A stretch of DNA of 64,000 bases from an uncultured Methanomicrobiales archaeon (lineage in GTDB: Archaea; Halobacteriota; Methanomicrobia; Methanomicrobiales; Methanospirillaceae), in assembly GCA_963697895.1 (NCBI GenBank), contig OY969100.1, forward strand, positions 2,016,001-2,080,000, given 5' to 3'. How positions within the stretch are numbered: position 1 is the first letter of the stretch; every line of letters starts with the position of its first letter. The position numbers and the translations under genes are program-made. The notes below the pieces were generated by a model, which was given only the letters and a program-made list of their open reading frames with translations, did not search any database and was not told the DNA's origin. This document shows, piece by piece, positions 9,838 through 19,560 of this stretch.

Positions 9838-10185
9838 TCAGCTGCCGCACTCATGCGTGTGGTGGCAGCTGCTCTCTCCCGGGGTGATCCGTCCGGCAAT
9901 GAACTCATTGATGACGGTATCGATCGGTCCCCTGATACCGAGATACACCTCGATATTGTTCGCACAGAAGAGGTCCACCGCTTTGGGACCCATCCCGCCG
10001 ACAACCACGTGAGTGACCTGGTGCTCGGCGAGCAGGGCTGGCAATCGGCCCGGCTCATGGCCGGGGTTTGGTAGATCCACACGCTGAGTAATCTTCCCAT
10101 CCTCCACTGTGAAGAGGATATACCCTTGACAATGTCCAAAATGTCCGGAGACCTCGTCCCCGTCCTGTGCTATGGCAACTTTCAT
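9838..10185 (-). CDS. NifB/NifX-family (IssA/ORP-like) metal-cluster-binding protein
   Basis: MKVAIA...VSGHFGHC...GGMGPKA...SCHHTHECGS; start reassigned to ATG 10185. Confidence 0.88.
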   Translation of the reverse strand: MKVAIAQDGDEVSGHFGHCQGYILFTVEDGKITQRVDLPNPGHEPGRLPALLAEHQVTHVVVGGMGPKAVDLFCANNIEVYLGIRGPIDTVINEFIAGRITPGESSCHHTHECGS

Positions 10186-10195
10186 GTGAAAAAAC

Positions 10196-10459
10196 CTACC
10201 TGTTCTGACCGAAAGGGCCCCGGCCCCCGCCGAAACCCCGTCCTCGACCGCAACCGCAGGGGATGCCGCCGCGTCCCAAACCATACACCGGTGCCTGTGG
10301 CACAGTTTCCTGCCCGTTCTCTGCAATCTGCGGGGATGTACCCTGCTGCATGAGAGGTGTCATACGTTCAGCGCTGAAAGAGGCGTTCCGGCATCGTCCG
10401 AAACCCCTCCCTGTTATCTGACCCTGCCCCAAGGGTCCCGTTCCATTTAATCCCGGCAT
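10196..10459 (-). CDS. DUF5320-family Gly/Arg-rich small protein
   Basis: MPGLNGTGPLGQGQITGRGFGRC...GRGGIPCGCGRGRGFGGGRG; start at ATG 10459. Confidence 0.8.
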   Translation of the reverse strand: MPGLNGTGPLGQGQITGRGFGRCRNASFSAERMTPLMQQGTSPQIAENGQETVPQAPVYGLGRGGIPCGCGRGRGFGGGRGPFGQNR

Positions 10460-10491
10460 AAGTATCACTGGTAACTCCTTAGAACCATATC

Positions 10492-10505
10492 TACTCATAT
10501 GTGCA
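10492..10505. promoter_or_regulatory. Palindromic operator-like site TACTCATATGTGCA
   Basis: Identical 14-mer at 13119-13132; lies between a TATA-like box and the DUF5320 start. Confidence 0.65.
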
Positions 10506-10576
10506 TAAATAATTAAGCCTATCTGATAGGGCAAGTTTTATTCGATTGGTGAACCACGGGGTTTTATCTTTGAATA

Positions 10577-10973
10577 TTGAAGGGACAATTAATTTCAGAC
10601 CAGATATCGTCATTTATTTCCGGACAGAAGCCCCTATTTCTTTTCAGGCATATCCCCCTTGGTACGCCGTTTACGCCCTTCAATCTCGATGGTCTTACCA
10701 TTCACCACCGCATCAGCGATTTTTCGTCGGGCTTTATGGAGGTCTCCCTCAGAATTGGTTCTTTTGATAAGCCGTGTTTTCCCGGGTCGCTGGTTTTTGG
10801 TCGAGCCCCCGGAGATCGACCAGATTTAGCGGTGCCAGCTGGGAAAGCGTTACGAACGCAGTCTGCTCGTGGGTTGCATTGATGAGGTTAGAAGCGGGGA
10901 GCAGCGCTTCCTTGGCAGTCCGGTTCACGCGAGGTCACACTCGACGTTTGCAGAAACCGCCTCTTTTTCGCCC
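10577..10973 (-). pseudogene. Decayed DUF134 paralog
   Basis: Frameshifted fragments LNLVDLRGLDQ (10797-10829), DLHKARRKIADAVVNGKTIEIEG (10676-10744) and GICLKRNRGFCPE align colinearly with the intact 6830-7255 protein. Confidence 0.8.
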
Positions 10974-11858
10974 TTATACCGCCTTACTCACCTCAAGTGA
11001 CGGGAGCAGGTTGGCCGCCAGTCTCTGTATGGCCCGTGCCGCCAAAAAAGTGTCATTGCCGGTGATGGCTCTCCGGGCCCTGACCGTTTCGATAACCGCG
11101 GGATCGAACGGGATCTTTCCGATGACCGGGATCCCCTCCTCCCGGCACCACCGTTCGATCATCTCCGTGATGGACATGTCCAGATCAAAGCGGTTGATCG
11201 CAAGAACGATCTTCCCTGTAAACTGCCGGGTGACTGCTGCCACCCGTTTGAGATCATGTAATCCCGAAACGCTGGGTTCTGTCACGATAAGGATGACATT
11301 CATCCCCGTGATGGTGGAGATGAGGGGGCAACCAGTACCGGGAGGTCCGTCGATCAGCAGGAGATCGCACCCCTTGTCCGCCTGAAGGGCGGTCTTTTTC
11401 ACCTCATGCACAAGCAAGCCCGAGTTTCCTGCTCCTGGACGGAGGCGTGCATGGGCGAGGTCTCCCACTGAAGTCGAGGATAGGCAGATCTCTCCGCATA
11501 GGCGGGGTTCCATGCGGATCGCGGCCGTGGGACAGACATGGGCACAGACAGCGCACCCTTCGCAGCGGGCAGGGGTGATCCGGTATCCCTGCTCATCATC
11601 AGCGACAACGGCGTGGAAACGGCAGAAGGCACCGCATGCGCCGCAACTTGAGCAGAGTGCGGGATCGATGACTGCGGCATTCATCCCATAGAACGGTTTC
11701 ATCCAGATACGCTTCGGTGCAAGGAGAATGCCAAGGTTAGCCGCATCCACATCGCAATCCGCGAGCACAAGGCTCCTTGGAAGCAGGTTGGCGAGCGCTG
11801 CGGTGATCATCGTTTTTCCTGTACCCCCTTTACCGCTGATCACCGCGAGCCGGATCAT
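10974..11858 (-). CDS. MinD-like P-loop ATPase with inserted 2x[4Fe-4S] domain (COG1149, Orp-type)
   Basis: SGKGGTGKT, DCDVDAANL, two CxxCxxCxxxC motifs, DGPPGTGCP. Confidence 0.9.
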   Translation of the reverse strand: MIRLAVISGKGGTGKTMITAALANLLPRSLVLADCDVDAANLGILLAPKRIWMKPFYGMNAAVIDPALCSSCGACGAFCRFHAVVADDEQGYRITPARCEGCAVCAHVCPTAAIRMEPRLCGEICLSSTSVGDLAHARLRPGAGNSGLLVHEVKKTALQADKGCDLLLIDGPPGTGCPLISTITGMNVILIVTEPSVSGLHDLKRVAAVTRQFTGKIVLAINRFDLDMSITEMIERWCREEGIPVIGKIPFDPAVIETVRARRAITGNDTFLAARAIQRLAANLLPSLEVSKAV

Positions 11859-12706
11859 CAGTGCACCCCCGTGAGAGCACAGCATCGGATGAAGAGAGCG
11901 AAAAAGCGCTCCTGCCATGCCGGCTCGGCCCGGCAGATCAGGTCTCCATGGTTCTGGACCGCGGCGATCCCCCGATCGAACGGAATTGTCATAAGTACTT
12001 GCAATTCATGCTGTGCGCAGAACTCGAGGGTTTTTTCGTCTCTGCCGTCACTCCTGTTGATCACCACCCCGGAAGGTATACCCATCCCGTCTGCCACCTC
12101 TGCGGCGAGACGGAGGTCGTGCAGGCCGAAAGGGGTGGATTCTGTGACGAGGATGCAGGCATCACATCCGTCCATTGTCTCGATCACGGCGCAGGCAGTG
12201 CCGGGTGCCGCATCATAGATGACCAGATCATCATCTTTTGCCCTCTCCTTTGCCGCCCGGATTACGGGGGTTGCCTGGGGCTTCCCCTCGTCAAGGATCC
12301 CCGTGATGAGTTTCAGCCGGGGTGCGGGGGTGGCGACCGTGATCTGACCGATCCGTGCCGGGTCCTCCCGGATGGCGCCCTTCGGGCAGGCCAGCGTACA
12401 CCCTCCGCACGAGTGACACAGGTCGGGGAAGAAGAGAATCCGGTCTCGGAGCACGGTGATCGCCCCGAACTGGCAAGACTCGGCACACGTACCGCAATGG
12501 TCGCAGACACTCTCTTCAAAGGACGGGATCGGCACAGTCACATTAGTAACCGTGGCAGGTGCAGGAAAGAAGAGATGGAGATTGGGCTCTTCTACATCAC
12601 AGTCCACGAGAGTCACCTCACGGGTCAGGGATACCGAATAGGCGAGGTTTGCTGCCACAAGGGTCTTACCGGTACCCCCCTTCCCGCTTGCTATCGCTAC
12701 CTTCAT
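11858..12706 (-). CDS. MinD-like P-loop ATPase with inserted 2x[4Fe-4S] domain (COG1149, Orp-type)
   Basis: SGKGGTGKT, DCDVEEPNLHLF, CDHCGTCAESC, CHSCGGCTLACP. Confidence 0.9.
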   Translation of the reverse strand: MKVAIASGKGGTGKTLVAANLAYSVSLTREVTLVDCDVEEPNLHLFFPAPATVTNVTVPIPSFEESVCDHCGTCAESCQFGAITVLRDRILFFPDLCHSCGGCTLACPKGAIREDPARIGQITVATPAPRLKLITGILDEGKPQATPVIRAAKERAKDDDLVIYDAAPGTACAVIETMDGCDACILVTESTPFGLHDLRLAAEVADGMGIPSGVVINRSDGRDEKTLEFCAQHELQVLMTIPFDRGIAAVQNHGDLICRAEPAWQERFFALFIRCCALTGVH

Positions 12707-12763
12707 GCGCTGTCCATCTCCGGGACATTGGGCCATTGGACTGCTTGAATGCTATTCTTACCC

Positions 12764-13099
12764 CTACCCCGTACGCTTTAGGGTATTTTCCTTAAACTGC
12801 CCGTATGCGTCCCGGACGGTCCCATTGCCGCGGTATGCGTACATTGCAATGCCCGCCGCGACGAGAACCTCGTGGGCGTTTCCGCCTACCTGACCGCTGA
12901 CAAGCGCTTTTACCCCGCGATCGATGAGTAGCTGGGCGGCTTTCGGACCCACGCCTCCGGCACCGGCTGCGAACTGGTTCTCATGCGCCTCGATAGTATT
13001 GCTATCGGTATCGATAAGAATAAAGTACGGAGCGCGTCCGAATCGCTCTTCTGCCGGGGCATCCAGTGTCGGTCCCTGAGCAGTAATACAAATTTTCAT
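12764..13099 (-). CDS. NifB/NifX-family (orange protein-like) protein
   Basis: ERFGRAPYFILID...GGVGPKAAQLL...GQVGGNA. Confidence 0.88.
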   Translation of the reverse strand: MKICITAQGPTLDAPAEERFGRAPYFILIDTDSNTIEAHENQFAAGAGGVGPKAAQLLIDRGVKALVSGQVGGNAHEVLVAAGIAMYAYRGNGTVRDAYGQFKENTLKRTG

Positions 13100-13118
13100 T
13101 TGATAGTTCTCCCAATAT

Positions 13119-13132
13119 TACTCATATGTGCA
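13119..13132. promoter_or_regulatory. Palindromic operator-like site TACTCATATGTGCA
   Basis: Just downstream of minus-strand TTTATCTA and about 20 nt before the NifX-like start; identical to 10492-10505. Confidence 0.65.
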
Positions 13133-13300
13133 AAATAGATAAACATGCTGATGATATTAACCGTACTGAAGTCCTATCATCATATGAACGAAAAAGAGCA
13201 GAATGAAAGATAAAACCTCCAGGAAACACACCCCCGGGTAGTTTATCGGATATGACGATCGGAGAATCCATCAGGTCACGGTAAGAAACAACAGGTGCGT

Positions 13301-14158
13301 ATGACATCGGAGCTTACGATTACAATACTGGTCGACAATAATACCCTCATCGACCGGTATTTTTTCGGGGAACCCGGCCTCTCGCTGCTTGTCGAAGTGG
13401 ACGGGAATCGAATCCTCTTTGATACCGGTTATTCGGATATATTCATCAGCAATGCCGGAAGGATGGGAATCGACCTCCTGACCCTCGATTATGTGGTCTT
13501 TTCCCACGGTCATCTGGACCATACCGGAGGGTTCCCGCACCTTCTCCGTCACCTTACGGAAGCGTCGATCGAGGGGGTATCGCATCCGCTGCCTGAACTC
13601 ATCACCCATCCCTATGCTTTGTACCCCCGGCCGAAACCTCCGCTCCCGAATATTGGCTCCCTCGTAAGCAAAGAGGAAGTGGCACGCCACCTCCCCGTCA
13701 GGACAAGCCGGAAACCGGTTTGGCTCACCGAGAATCTGGTCTTCCTCGGGGAGATCCCCCGGAGATTCCCGTTCGAGGAGCAGGACCCTGGGACGCGAAA
13801 GATCGTGATGCCGAACGGCAATATGGAGCCGGATCTACTCATTGACGACTCTGCACTTGCATATCGCTCGGAAAAGGGTCTGGTTATTATTACGGGTTGT
13901 TCCCATGCCGGGATAGTAAACATCGTCACCCATGCACGTCAGGTCTGCGATGAAAAACGGGTGGTGGATATCATCGGCGGTCTGCATCTGCAGAATGCGC
14001 CGCAGGAAAAGATCGAGGGAACCTGTGCCGGTCTGTCCGGCTTGGGTCTCCATGCCCTCCACTGCTGTCACTGCACCTCACTTCCTGCAACGATCGCTCT
14101 TGCCGGGTGTTGCCCGGTCCGGGAAACGGGTGTGGGGCTTTCAATCACCTACCTATAA
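13301..14158 (+). CDS. MBL-fold metallo-hydrolase (COG1237)
   Basis: ILFDTG, SHGHLDHTGG, GCSHAG, GGLHL and CHCT motifs. Confidence 0.88.
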   Translation: MTSELTITILVDNNTLIDRYFFGEPGLSLLVEVDGNRILFDTGYSDIFISNAGRMGIDLLTLDYVVFSHGHLDHTGGFPHLLRHLTEASIEGVSHPLPELITHPYALYPRPKPPLPNIGSLVSKEEVARHLPVRTSRKPVWLTENLVFLGEIPRRFPFEEQDPGTRKIVMPNGNMEPDLLIDDSALAYRSEKGLVIITGCSHAGIVNIVTHARQVCDEKRVVDIIGGLHLQNAPQEKIEGTCAGLSGLGLHALHCCHCTSLPATIALAGCCPVRETGVGLSITYL

Positions 14159-14179
14159 GTATCGAGGCCGGGGATTTTC

Positions 14180-14188
14180 AAAAAAAAA
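14180..14188 (-). terminator. Oligo-T terminator of the mcr operon
   Basis: T9 run 10 nt after the mcrA stop. Confidence 0.55.
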
Positions 14189-14198
14189 GGTATTGATC

Positions 14199-15899
14199 TT
14201 ACCGGGCCGGTATGATCAGGGAACGCTCTCCGGCGGGCATGAACTCGCGGATGGCACCCTTTGCGAACTCGCGGCGTGGCTCGGAGAAGTCGAACTTCAG
14301 GGACGGGTCTGCGAAGCAGATCTTGATCAGGGGGGACAGTGCCCATGCGTCGCCGCGGCCGATATGGGCTGCGCCGGCGATTGCGGCATATTCTCCCTGG
14401 TGACCCACGTTCATCGCGTAGTTCGGGTAGTTCGGTCCACGGAGCTCGCCGACCGCACCCTCGTCGGGTCGGACAGAGAGCGAGTTCGTCGAACCGCACT
14501 GGTCCTGCAGGTCGTAGCCGAAGAAGCCGAGACGTGACCATCCTTCCTTGTGCAGGAGCATGGACATGTACCAGCCGTTCAGGCCGGCATTCGAGTTGCC
14601 GGTTGCGATTGAAACCGACAGACCTGATGCTGCGGCCAGGACAGATGCACGCTGGGAACCGCCGAAGTGGTCCTCGAGGGCGGTCGGGAAGCCTTCATAT
14701 TGCTCCATACCGTACATCGTTACCTCACTGGCAATATCGTTGACATTCTCCTGGGTCGGCTTGAGCCGGTCTTTCTCAGACGGCATCGCAGCATTGACCT
14801 TGTACTTGTCCTTGATGTAGTCCATACCGTAGTAGGTGTAGTCGTCAAGGATGTTGTCCGTGTATGCTGCGGTTGCATACTGGGTGAATCCGACACCACC
14901 GGACATGTAGGACCCGAGCCAGATCTGGTCGAAGAGCATGGTTCCTGCTGCGACGATCTCGAGGGACGCACGTGCCGGGTCGTTCGGGTACTTCCGGTCG
15001 GTCTGGATCATGTCGGCGAAGTTGCCGAACTTGATGCCACCGGGTTCGTTCGGTCCACGGGCACGGCGGGCGGGCAGGATGTCTGCCATCTGGATAACAC
15101 CGGCGTGCTTTGCGGCGAATGCGAGGTCCGCGACTGCGGCCTCACCGGCACACATCCGGTACGCACCGATGAAGGACATACCGAGCTGCATGGCGGACCA
15201 CCTGCTGGTCGTACCGCCATCACAGGTACGGGAGACGATCGTCGGGATGTGGATCGCCTGCCACAGGGACTTGCCGATCGCTGCCTTTAACTGGGCAGCC
15301 TGTTTCGCCGGGAAGAGCTTGTCGAGCTTGATGACGAACTGGGGCTCGAGTGAGTCGGCCATCTCGTCATCGCCGGTGAATACCTTACAGTAACAGTCCT
15401 CGACGAGGGAGGGGTGGGTCTCGACCATGTGTTCCTGGACGACGGCCGCACCGGGCATCGCGTGGTTCAGCACGTGGAGGTATTCGTTGATCGTCTCCGG
15501 GGTGACTTCCTTGGAGAGACGCTTCTGCAGGGTCTGGTGAGCGAGGTCCATGTTGACGATGATCGTCCGCCGGATATCGTCCCACATCTGCTGCATTGCG
15601 GCGTTGTTGACGAAGTGGAGGTCGTCACCCTCGACGAATACGCCGGTGGTGCTGACCTCATAGGGTGTCAGCTTGCGCTGCCCGAGCGGGATACCACCAA
15701 GGTGGCAGCGCACGGGGTCGTACATGCTGATGCCGCGGGCCATCGCCTCTTTCTGCCCTTCTGCGACGAACTCCATCTTGCGGGCGGACTGCTTGAGCCC
15801 CTCTCGCGCATAGAACGTGGAGGTGGACGCCGGGTCTTCGGCGAATTTCTCTTTCAGCGCCTTCAGGAAGAGCTTCTGGGATCTCTCAATTTTTGCCAT
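14199..15899 (-). CDS. mcrA: Methyl-coenzyme M reductase alpha subunit
   Basis: [60 protein letters not shown]. Confidence 0.99.
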   Translation of the reverse strand: MAKIERSQKLFLKALKEKFAEDPASTSTFYAREGLKQSARKMEFVAEGQKEAMARGISMYDPVRCHLGGIPLGQRKLTPYEVSTTGVFVEGDDLHFVNNAAMQQMWDDIRRTIIVNMDLAHQTLQKRLSKEVTPETINEYLHVLNHAMPGAAVVQEHMVETHPSLVEDCYCKVFTGDDEMADSLEPQFVIKLDKLFPAKQAAQLKAAIGKSLWQAIHIPTIVSRTCDGGTTSRWSAMQLGMSFIGAYRMCAGEAAVADLAFAAKHAGVIQMADILPARRARGPNEPGGIKFGNFADMIQTDRKYPNDPARASLEIVAAGTMLFDQIWLGSYMSGGVGFTQYATAAYTDNILDDYTYYGMDYIKDKYKVNAAMPSEKDRLKPTQENVNDIASEVTMYGMEQYEGFPTALEDHFGGSQRASVLAAASGLSVSIATGNSNAGLNGWYMSMLLHKEGWSRLGFFGYDLQDQCGSTNSLSVRPDEGAVGELRGPNYPNYAMNVGHQGEYAAIAGAAHIGRGDAWALSPLIKICFADPSLKFDFSEPRREFAKGAIREFMPAGERSLIIPAR

Positions 15900-15904
15900 C
15901 GTAA

Positions 15905-16669
15905 TCACTCCGTCGGCATAAAGCCGTATTTGGTCCTCAGCGAGTGGATACGCTGAATATACTCAACGTACTCCTTGTCGTCACGGAATGCGACACCGCC
16001 GTTCGAGTTGAAGATGGTGGTGTGCGCCTTGAGCCACTTCGCGTCAGCGGGCTTGCCAACCTTGACCTCCTTGTCGAGGGGCTCACCGATCTGGTTCTTG
16101 ACGTACTTCACAATGCCGGATTTCTTGTCGAGGAGGCAGCGCTGGAGCATATCAAACATCATCCCGTCTTCACCGAGACGGAGCGAGTGCCCGTGCACCG
16201 TCGCACCGCGGACACCGGTAAGTGCCGGGTCAAAGATCTCGGTGTTGACGAGTTCCTTCGCGTACTTCTCGAGGTCACGTTCGCGGCACTCGACGATCTG
16301 ACGTCCTGACAGGGTTCCCGGGTCGACACCGCGGAACCGGTATGCCTCAAGGTAACTCCGCTCGTACGGGTGGCAGGGTGCAAACCACATCGAATCCGTA
16401 AACTGGATGTACCGGATACGGTCGCCGGCCTTCGCGCCGTCGGTCGGGGTCACCATCTTCCGGATCGGGCATGCCGGCTCCTGCTGCTCTGCAAGGGGCG
16501 GGTGGGCGGTCGGATATGCTGAACCCGGGGCACGGTGTCCCATGATCAATACAATATCCTCATCCGACACATCACGTATCTTCTCAAGCTTATGGGCTGG
16601 GTCCATGTACTTCCGCCTGTTCTCGGCGACTGTGGATGAACCGGGTCCATACTGTGCTTTGTAAGCCAT
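15905..16669 (-). CDS. mcrG: Methyl-coenzyme M reductase gamma subunit
   Basis: [28 protein letters not shown]. Confidence 0.98.
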   Translation of the reverse strand: MAYKAQYGPGSSTVAENRRKYMDPAHKLEKIRDVSDEDIVLIMGHRAPGSAYPTAHPPLAEQQEPACPIRKMVTPTDGAKAGDRIRYIQFTDSMWFAPCHPYERSYLEAYRFRGVDPGTLSGRQIVECRERDLEKYAKELVNTEIFDPALTGVRGATVHGHSLRLGEDGMMFDMLQRCLLDKKSGIVKYVKNQIGEPLDKEVKVGKPADAKWLKAHTTIFNSNGGVAFRDDKEYVEYIQRIHSLRTKYGFMPTE

Positions 16670-16676
16670 TATTTCA

Positions 16677-17312
16677 TCACTTCCTATTTTGGGATGTTTT
16701 CATCAGTCTCAACACTGCGTGAATGACTTCTGCCATTTTCTCCCGAGTGGGCGTCTGCCCCCGCGTCACACCACTAACGATCGCCATGACCGTCCCTTTT
16801 GTCCGGATTTTATCCGGCGGGGGCATGACGAGCGCGGTCCTGACACCTACTTTTGCAAAGTCCTCGAAATCAACCGGAGCCTGGGAAACGACAACCGCCT
16901 GCACCTCGCAGGCCGAAAGGATATACCGTACCTTGTGCACCACGTGAGAACGGACGTTTCCATGGTGTAGGATTGCAATCCGATGCTTCTCGATCTGCCT
17001 GACTTCCTTCTCGGTCAGGCCAAAGCCTGCACCGAGCACCGCTCCTCCGATGTTTGGCGCATCCGGTGGCACCCCGCTCCCTGCATTGAGAACGATGGTG
17101 CTGATGCTGTATTCTATTCCCTGTTGCCGTAATGCCGAGGTGATATCACAGACCGGTTTGGTCACGTGCCGGCGGCCGGGGGACATCCCCACTACAATGA
17201 CATCCGGATACCGGGTCTCCGATATCGTGCCACGCTGGGCGATCCCTCCGCCTTTTCCGGTACCCATCGCCTCACGGCAATCGACTACCTGGGTGACTCT
17301 TCCCATCGGCAT
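16677..17312 (-). CDS. mcrC: MCR operon protein C
   Basis: VVDCREAMGTGKGGGIAQRGTISE, MSPGRRHVTKPVCDIT. Confidence 0.96.
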   Translation of the reverse strand: MPMGRVTQVVDCREAMGTGKGGGIAQRGTISETRYPDVIVVGMSPGRRHVTKPVCDITSALRQQGIEYSISTIVLNAGSGVPPDAPNIGGAVLGAGFGLTEKEVRQIEKHRIAILHHGNVRSHVVHKVRYILSACEVQAVVVSQAPVDFEDFAKVGVRTALVMPPPDKIRTKGTVMAIVSGVTRGQTPTREKMAEVIHAVLRLMKTSQNRK

Positions 17313-17314
17313 GG

Positions 17315-17785
17315 TTATTTCGTTCCCTGAAGAATGATCGGACCGCTCCGACTCTTTGGATCGGCCATTCCAATAATAGCCTTGTCGGCATCGGGTCCGT
17401 ACTTTGCATAATCTGTCAATGATGCCTCGGTCTTCATGAACCGTCCTTCCGTCATCTGATAAGTCAGGTCAGAAAGGATCAGGTCGCATGCGACTTTTAT
17501 CGCGGGTATAACATCCTTACTTTCGAGTTCAAGTATGATCGTGCCAACATGGACCTCCAGTTCTATCTCCTGATCACCCACATGAATCTCTTTCCTCATC
17601 TCGTGAGGATTCGGGGTACCATGGGCCGGTCCATAGGGGACGGCAGGGGGGAGGCTTGGTCCGTTCAGGACCATCCTCCTCACCCCTTCTGTGGTAACGA
17701 TCAGGTTCAGGAGCCGTTCAACCCGCTCCGGGTTGATAAGCCGCATGGGAACGATTCGTACCTGAGGATATATGGCGTCTGTCAT
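17315..17785 (-). CDS. mcrD: MCR operon protein D
   Basis: GPSLPPAVPYGPAHG, GRFMKTEASLTDYAKYG; start reassigned to ATG 17785. Confidence 0.95.
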   Translation of the reverse strand: MTDAIYPQVRIVPMRLINPERVERLLNLIVTTEGVRRMVLNGPSLPPAVPYGPAHGTPNPHEMRKEIHVGDQEIELEVHVGTIILELESKDVIPAIKVACDLILSDLTYQMTEGRFMKTEASLTDYAKYGPDADKAIIGMADPKSRSGPIILQGTK

Positions 17786-17801
17786 TCGTATCCTGAGAGA
17801 T

Positions 17802-19109
17802 TTACGCGGATTTTGCGATGGTCTGCATCGGCTTCTTGAATTCTTCAAGCTGGCCGAATGTGTCCTGGTAGATCTTCGAGGTCGCCTCTGGTCCGAACAT
17901 CTGGGTTCCTGCATCGAGCGCACAGGCGGCAACGATACAGGGGATACCTACACCGGCCGCATGACGGGTCACGACGTGGTTACCGTTGAAGACTCCGGGA
18001 CCGCCGCCACCATAGATCGAGTGGCTGAAGAACGAGAACCCAACCGCGACACCCATGACTCGCCCGAAGTCACAGCCGGGGAGACCGGTCTCGTGCTCGA
18101 GGAGATCGTTGAAGTACAGGAGGGTCGCAGATACTGCCTGCGCAAACCGCCCGGCACCACAGTTCACCATGGTTGCCGCAAGCGTTCCCGCTGCCGCATA
18201 GGCGTTCCAGAGCATCGGGTCCTTGGTATCGTAGAAGATATACCCGGACTTGCCCTTCTTGCCTGCCTTGATGACTTTGTCCTCAATGGCACGCTCGACA
18301 AGACTCTGGACGACGGTTCCGATGGTTCCGGTCTTCCCGTTCTTCTTGACGAGGTCGTAGACGATGTTGTTCGCGTTCAGGCCCTGGTATGCATAGAGAA
18401 GCAACTGTGCACGCTCGAATGGCCCGATTGCCATACCCATCTCGAACTCTCCCGCATGTTCGAAGGTGGACGAGAGTGCCGATGCCTGGATGGCATTCCG
18501 GTGGGTCATCATCGCCGCATGGTTAGCGGGGATGTTCCTGAGCGCATAACCGAGACCTTCGTTGTTCTGGGGGATGGAAAGGATCGAGACGATGTTTCCG
18601 CCCTGCATGTCCATCGTCTGCGGGTATGCACCCCAGACGCAGGACTTGACAAACGCCCCGTCGAACATGCCGACCTTGTACTGCTCGATTATAGCATAGG
18701 TCGTAGCCGCTGCAACCGCAGTCGATGCCGCATCATAGGTTGCGGCTGCCTCGAGGCGGGAGCTGGGGACTTCGACGAGGAGCATCTTGCCGCCGCCGAC
18801 CTTCGTGATCTTGGTGTTGTCCCCGTCGGTGACCGAGACCATCTTCTTGATCTTGTCGGAGAGGGCATCCACGTCCTTTACGACGTCTGCCTTGATGCTC
18901 CGGCCAAGGATCTGTTGGTCCTTCCCGATCTTACCGGTCTTTAACGCATTGTCGATACCGGCGACGTTGATGGCTACCGTCCTCTTGGTGAGGTCGATGA
19001 TCTTCTTTGCACCCGGGTTGATCAGGGGGCTGATCTTTTCGAGGGTTACACCACTCTTTAACAGTTTTCCCTCGTCATCGTAGAGGTCTACTGTCTCTTT
19101 ATATTTCAT
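17802..19109 (-). CDS. mcrB: Methyl-coenzyme M reductase beta subunit
   Basis: GFSFFSHSIYGGGGPGVFNGNHVVTRH, LDAGTQMF. Confidence 0.99.
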   Translation of the reverse strand: MKYKETVDLYDDEGKLLKSGVTLEKISPLINPGAKKIIDLTKRTVAINVAGIDNALKTGKIGKDQQILGRSIKADVVKDVDALSDKIKKMVSVTDGDNTKITKVGGGKMLLVEVPSSRLEAAATYDAASTAVAAATTYAIIEQYKVGMFDGAFVKSCVWGAYPQTMDMQGGNIVSILSIPQNNEGLGYALRNIPANHAAMMTHRNAIQASALSSTFEHAGEFEMGMAIGPFERAQLLLYAYQGLNANNIVYDLVKKNGKTGTIGTVVQSLVERAIEDKVIKAGKKGKSGYIFYDTKDPMLWNAYAAAGTLAATMVNCGAGRFAQAVSATLLYFNDLLEHETGLPGCDFGRVMGVAVGFSFFSHSIYGGGGPGVFNGNHVVTRHAAGVGIPCIVAACALDAGTQMFGPEATSKIYQDTFGQLEEFKKPMQTIAKSA

Positions 19110-19249
19110 AAATTTTCCTCCAAATAGTCTATTTCGCCACAATATACGTTACGTTTACTGAACACTGAGTGTGCTGGAATTGAACGCTGACAGGAGATGT
19201 CGGTGACTATGCACGTCCCCTCACGGGACATCAGATAATACTATATGTC

Positions 19250-19267
19250 GTGATATAAGTATTCCGA
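19250..19267 (-). promoter_or_regulatory. Probable mcr promoter
   Basis: Minus strand CGGAATA-CTTATATC at the edge of a very AT-rich stretch, about 140 nt upstream of mcrB. Confidence 0.5.
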
Positions 19268-19549
19268 TCTGCATTCAAATAATATTTTATATAATAGTAT
19301 TAAAATATTTATGAAAATTAGGGGAATATTCAAATATTAGATATATTTTTGGTTTCAAGTGTTTGGGGAGTATTACGATTTTTAAAAAATATGTGATATT
19401 ATGTTATTGATATCGACAATTTTTCAGAAAATCCGTTGCGCTTCCCGCTTGGTGGGGAACACATTTTTCACCGATTTTTGAAGGAGATCGGGTAAGGATA
19501 CAATGACATGTTCTTCAGCTGAATCAGTACCCACCCGGAGATGCCGCTC

Positions 19550-19558
19550 AAAAAAAAA
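19550..19558 (-). terminator. Oligo-T terminator after fwdC
   Basis: T9 run right after the fwdC stop. Confidence 0.55.
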
Positions 19559-19560
19559 TA

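Noticed and set aside
19281-19309. 9-bp inverted repeat AATATTTTA-N11-TAAAATATT upstream of mcrB
   Set aside because: All A/T within a very AT-rich tract; expected by chance and no second copy seen.
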